NCBI RefSeq assembly: GCF_002087085.1
Contig: NZ_MWQY01000021.1
Span: forward strand, 44,231-64,230
Direction: 5' to 3'
Length of the DNA: 20,000 nt
Under the pieces are notes generated by a model that was given only the letters and a program-made list of their open reading frames with translations, searched no databases and had not been told where the DNA came from. Of this stretch, positions 17,024 to 20,000 are shown one piece after another (the stretch's first letter is position 1; each line of letters starts with the position of its first letter). A program made the translations under genes and the position numbers.

Positions 17024-18514
17024 ATGAGGACAGTAATAGGGATCGATGTAGGAACCCAAAGCACCAAGGTTGTCTTCTACGATTATGAAAATAAGCGTAT
17101 TGCCGCTACAGGCAGCGCGTCTCACAATATCCTGTCCGGGGATGACGGAACCAGCGAACAGGAGGCTTCCTGGTGGATATCCGCCATTCAGGAGTCCATG
17201 TCCCGGGTTCCAGCAGAAATCCGCGAAACAGCCGTTGCGGTCGGGGTCTCAGGACAGCAGCACGGCTTTGTTCCCCTGGACAAGGACGGAAATGTGCTGT
17301 ACCGGGTAAAACTCTGGAACGATACATCCACCGTGGCGGAATGCGAGGAGATTACCCGCGCCTTCGGGGGAGAGGAAAAACTGTTTCAGCAGGCCGGGAA
17401 CCTTATCCTTCCCGGATACACCGCCGCCAAGATCCTCTGGCTTAAAAAACACAAACCGGAACTCTTTGCCCGCATGGCCCACGTGCTGCTTCCCCACGAT
17501 TATGTGAACTTTGTATTGACCGGGGAATACAGCATGGAGTACGGCGACGCCTCGGGTACCGGTCTGCTGAACATACGGGATCGCAGCTGGAACGCTGAAC
17601 TCTGCGGGGTGATCGATCCGAAGCTGATTACCATGCTCCCGGAACACCGGGCTCCCGGAGACGGTGCAGGCACGGTCAGCGGAGAAGCAGCGGAGCGTTT
17701 CGGAATCCCCCGGGGAATTCCCGTTTCCACCGGCGGCGGAGACAACATGATGGCTGCCCTCGGAACAGGCACTGTCCGGGACGGACAGGTCAGCATGAGT
17801 CTGGGCACATCCGGGACCCTCTTTGCCTTCTCGTCAAAGCCCATAATCGACTCTGCAGGCACCATTGCGGCTTTCTGCTCATCCAATGACGGATGGCTGC
17901 CCCTGTTATGCACCATGAACTGCACCGTGGCGACGGAACAGACCAGAAAGCTCTTTGATGTTGATGTTGATCAGCTGGATGCACTGGTCGGCTCCGTCCC
18001 TCCCGGCAGCAACGGGGTTACCGTCCTGCCCTTCTTTACCGGCGAGCGGGTGCCGAACCTGCCCTTTGCCAGGGCAAGCATTATGGGGCTTTCTTCGACA
18101 AATACCGGCAGGGAGAACATTCTGAAGGCCTCCATGGAAGCTGCGATTTACGGCATGCGCCTCGGCTTGAACAGCCTGTCAGAACTCGGTCTGTCGGCCC
18201 GGCAGATTACCCTGACCGGCGGAGGATCGAAGAGCAGGGTTTGGCGGCAACTGGCGGCGGACATCACCGGTGTCCCGGTCCGGCTGCCAAACTTTCACGA
18301 CAGCGCAGCACTGGGGGCTGCCCTGCAGGCCCTCTGGTACCGGGATGTTTTTGAAAACACGGCAGGAGTCTCCTCCATGGCGGATTACGTGGAAGAGCAT
18401 ACCGGCAGCCAGGAGACGGAACTTATTGAACCCGGAAAAAACAGAGACGGATACCAGGAGGGCTACAAACGTTACGCCCGTTATATTGAACTGCTGACAC
18501 CACTGTACAAATAA
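17024..18514 (+). CDS. xylB: Xylulokinase
   Basis: FGGY family motifs GIDVGTQSTK, SGQQHG, GGGDN, SLGTSG, GERVP and GGGSKS. SD GGAGG before ATG 17024. Adjacent to xylA. Confidence 0.93.
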   Translation: MRTVIGIDVGTQSTKVVFYDYENKRIAATGSASHNILSGDDGTSEQEASWWISAIQESMSRVPAEIRETAVAVGVSGQQHGFVPLDKDGNVLYRVKLWNDTSTVAECEEITRAFGGEEKLFQQAGNLILPGYTAAKILWLKKHKPELFARMAHVLLPHDYVNFVLTGEYSMEYGDASGTGLLNIRDRSWNAELCGVIDPKLITMLPEHRAPGDGAGTVSGEAAERFGIPRGIPVSTGGGDNMMAALGTGTVRDGQVSMSLGTSGTLFAFSSKPIIDSAGTIAAFCSSNDGWLPLLCTMNCTVATEQTRKLFDVDVDQLDALVGSVPPGSNGVTVLPFFTGERVPNLPFARASIMGLSSTNTGRENILKASMEAAIYGMRLGLNSLSELGLSARQITLTGGGSKSRVWRQLAADITGVPVRLPNFHDSAALGAALQALWYRDVFENTAGVSSMADYVEEHTGSQETELIEPGKNRDGYQEGYKRYARYIELLTPLYK

Positions 18515-18532
18515 ACTCTCAGAGGAGGAGAT

Positions 18533-19870
18533 ATGAGCAAGGTATTTATTGGTGGGAAAGAGTATTTTCCCGGAATAGGCAAAATCAACTACGAAGGAAA
18601 AGAGTCGGACAATCCCCTGGCCTTCAAGTTCTACGACGAGAACTGGATTGTTGCAGGCAAAAGCATGAAGGAGCATCTGCGTTTCGCCGTCGCCTACTGG
18701 CACACCCTGACGGAAGACGGTTCGGATCCCTTCGGCGACGCCACCCAGGACCGTCCCTGGAATCAGGCCAAGGATCCTTTGAAGGAGGCGGAAGAGAAGG
18801 CCGATGCCGCTTTTGAGTTCTTTACAAAACTGGGAGCTCCCTACTACTGCTTCCACGATGTAGACGCAGCCCCCGATGCCGACGACGTGAAGGAATACGA
18901 AAAGAACGTCGAAACCGTCACTTCCATGCTGCTGGAACGGCAGAAGGCAACGGGAATGAAACTCCTGTGGAATACGGCAAACATGTTTTCCCATCCGCGC
19001 TACATGAACGGAGCAGCCACGAACCCGGATTTCCGGGTACTCTCCCGGGCTGCAGTCCAGGTAAAGGCGATGCTTGATGCAAACGTAAAGCTGGGGGGAG
19101 AAAACTATGTATTCTGGGGCGGCCGTGAAGGATACACCCAGCTCTTCAACACCGACATGAAACGGGAACAGGAACACCTGGCCCGTTTTCTCTCCTTGGC
19201 ACGGGATTATGGGCGTAAGATCGGCTTTAAAGGGCCCTTCCTCATCGAACCGAAACCCATGGAACCCTCCAAGCACCAGTACGACAGCGATGCCGCCGCG
19301 GTAATCGCCTTCCTGAAAACCTACGATCTGGCCGGAGATTTCATGATCAACATAGAAGCCAACCATGCCACCCTGGCTGGAAAGGCTTTTCCTCACGACC
19401 TTGCCGTGGCCGCCAACGCGGGCCTTCTCGGCTCCATTGATGCCAACCGTGGGGATCCCCAGAACGGCTGGGATACCGACCAGTTTCCCACAGATGTCTA
19501 CGACGCCACCCACGCAATGCTGGTTGTACTTCAGAACGGTGGGCTTGGAAGCGGCGGCCTGAACTTCGATGCCAAGGTACGGCGTAACTCCACCGATCTT
19601 GAGGATCTTTTCCATGCCCATATCGGGGGAATGGACACCTTTGCCATCGCCCTGGAGGCAGCGGACAGGATAATCGCCCGGGGTCTTGTGAAGAAATTCC
19701 GGGACTCCCGCTACGAAAGCTATAACAGCGGCAGGGGAGCAGAGTTTGAGCAGGGTAAACTCAGCTTTGAAGATCTGCGGGACTACGCCGCAGGGATAAA
19801 AGAGATCCCCAAGATCAGCGGCAAACAGGAGCAGATCGAGAACGCCATAAACCAGATCCTTTTCGGCTGA
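18533..19870 (+). CDS. xylA: Xylose isomerase, class II
   Basis: [42 protein letters not shown] and GGLNFDAK motifs; 445 aa. Confidence 0.97.
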   Translation: MSKVFIGGKEYFPGIGKINYEGKESDNPLAFKFYDENWIVAGKSMKEHLRFAVAYWHTLTEDGSDPFGDATQDRPWNQAKDPLKEAEEKADAAFEFFTKLGAPYYCFHDVDAAPDADDVKEYEKNVETVTSMLLERQKATGMKLLWNTANMFSHPRYMNGAATNPDFRVLSRAAVQVKAMLDANVKLGGENYVFWGGREGYTQLFNTDMKREQEHLARFLSLARDYGRKIGFKGPFLIEPKPMEPSKHQYDSDAAAVIAFLKTYDLAGDFMINIEANHATLAGKAFPHDLAVAANAGLLGSIDANRGDPQNGWDTDQFPTDVYDATHAMLVVLQNGGLGSGGLNFDAKVRRNSTDLEDLFHAHIGGMDTFAIALEAADRIIARGLVKKFRDSRYESYNSGRGAEFEQGKLSFEDLRDYAAGIKEIPKISGKQEQIENAINQILFG

Positions 19871-19893
19871 TTCAGAAGAGAAGAGAGATTTGG

Positions 19894-19925
19894 ACCGCCG
19901 GAGAATATTTCCGGCGGTTTTTTTT
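19894..19925 (+). terminator. Rho-independent terminator of xylBA
   Basis: ACCGCCGGA-gaatatt-TCCGGCGGT followed by a T-run. Confidence 0.9.
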
Positions 19926-20000
19926 CATCACTAATTAATTTTCCGTTAGTGTCCCGAACCGTGGGGATGATCTGAAGCAAACTCCTTGTTCTGCTGGTAT

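Noticed and set aside
18179..19621. 480-aa antisense ORF
   Set aside because: Mirror frame of xylA and the end of xylB, with no motifs.
19946..20000. Possible 3' end of a convergent minus-strand gene (...YQQNKEFASDHPHGSGH*)
   Set aside because: Too short to establish frame or identity at the window edge.
1..20000. CRISPR arrays, tandem repeats, rRNA or tRNA genes
   Set aside because: Intergenic gaps are all short (about 250 nt or less) and none of these patterns was seen by eye.

Overview
Bacterial chromosomal window, probably from a free-living spirochaete (inferred from the type-2 IleRS N-terminus [11 protein letters not shown]...[13 protein letters not shown], which from memory resembles treponemal IleRS; not verified by search). 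In order: 5' end of ileS (minus); a four-domain CoA-disulfide/persulfide reductase-rhodanese-TusA-DsrE fusion; a dCache-PAS-GGDEF diguanylate cyclase; a DAACS symporter (TcyP-like); an Ldh_2-family dehydrogenase; a UPF0303/heme-degrading-like protein; an MFS permease; a complete four-gene chaperone-usher pilus-like operon (minus); an NtrC-family sigma-54 response regulator with no adjacent kinase; and an AraC regulator divergent from xylB-xylA. The most notable system is the essentially cysteine-free chaperone-usher operon. It has a consensus sigma-54 promoter, an IHF-like site, and two tandem palindromes (candidate enhancer) embedded in the 3' end of the adjacent activator gene. Four genes also look leaderless. 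No rRNA, tRNA, CRISPR array or mobile element was seen.
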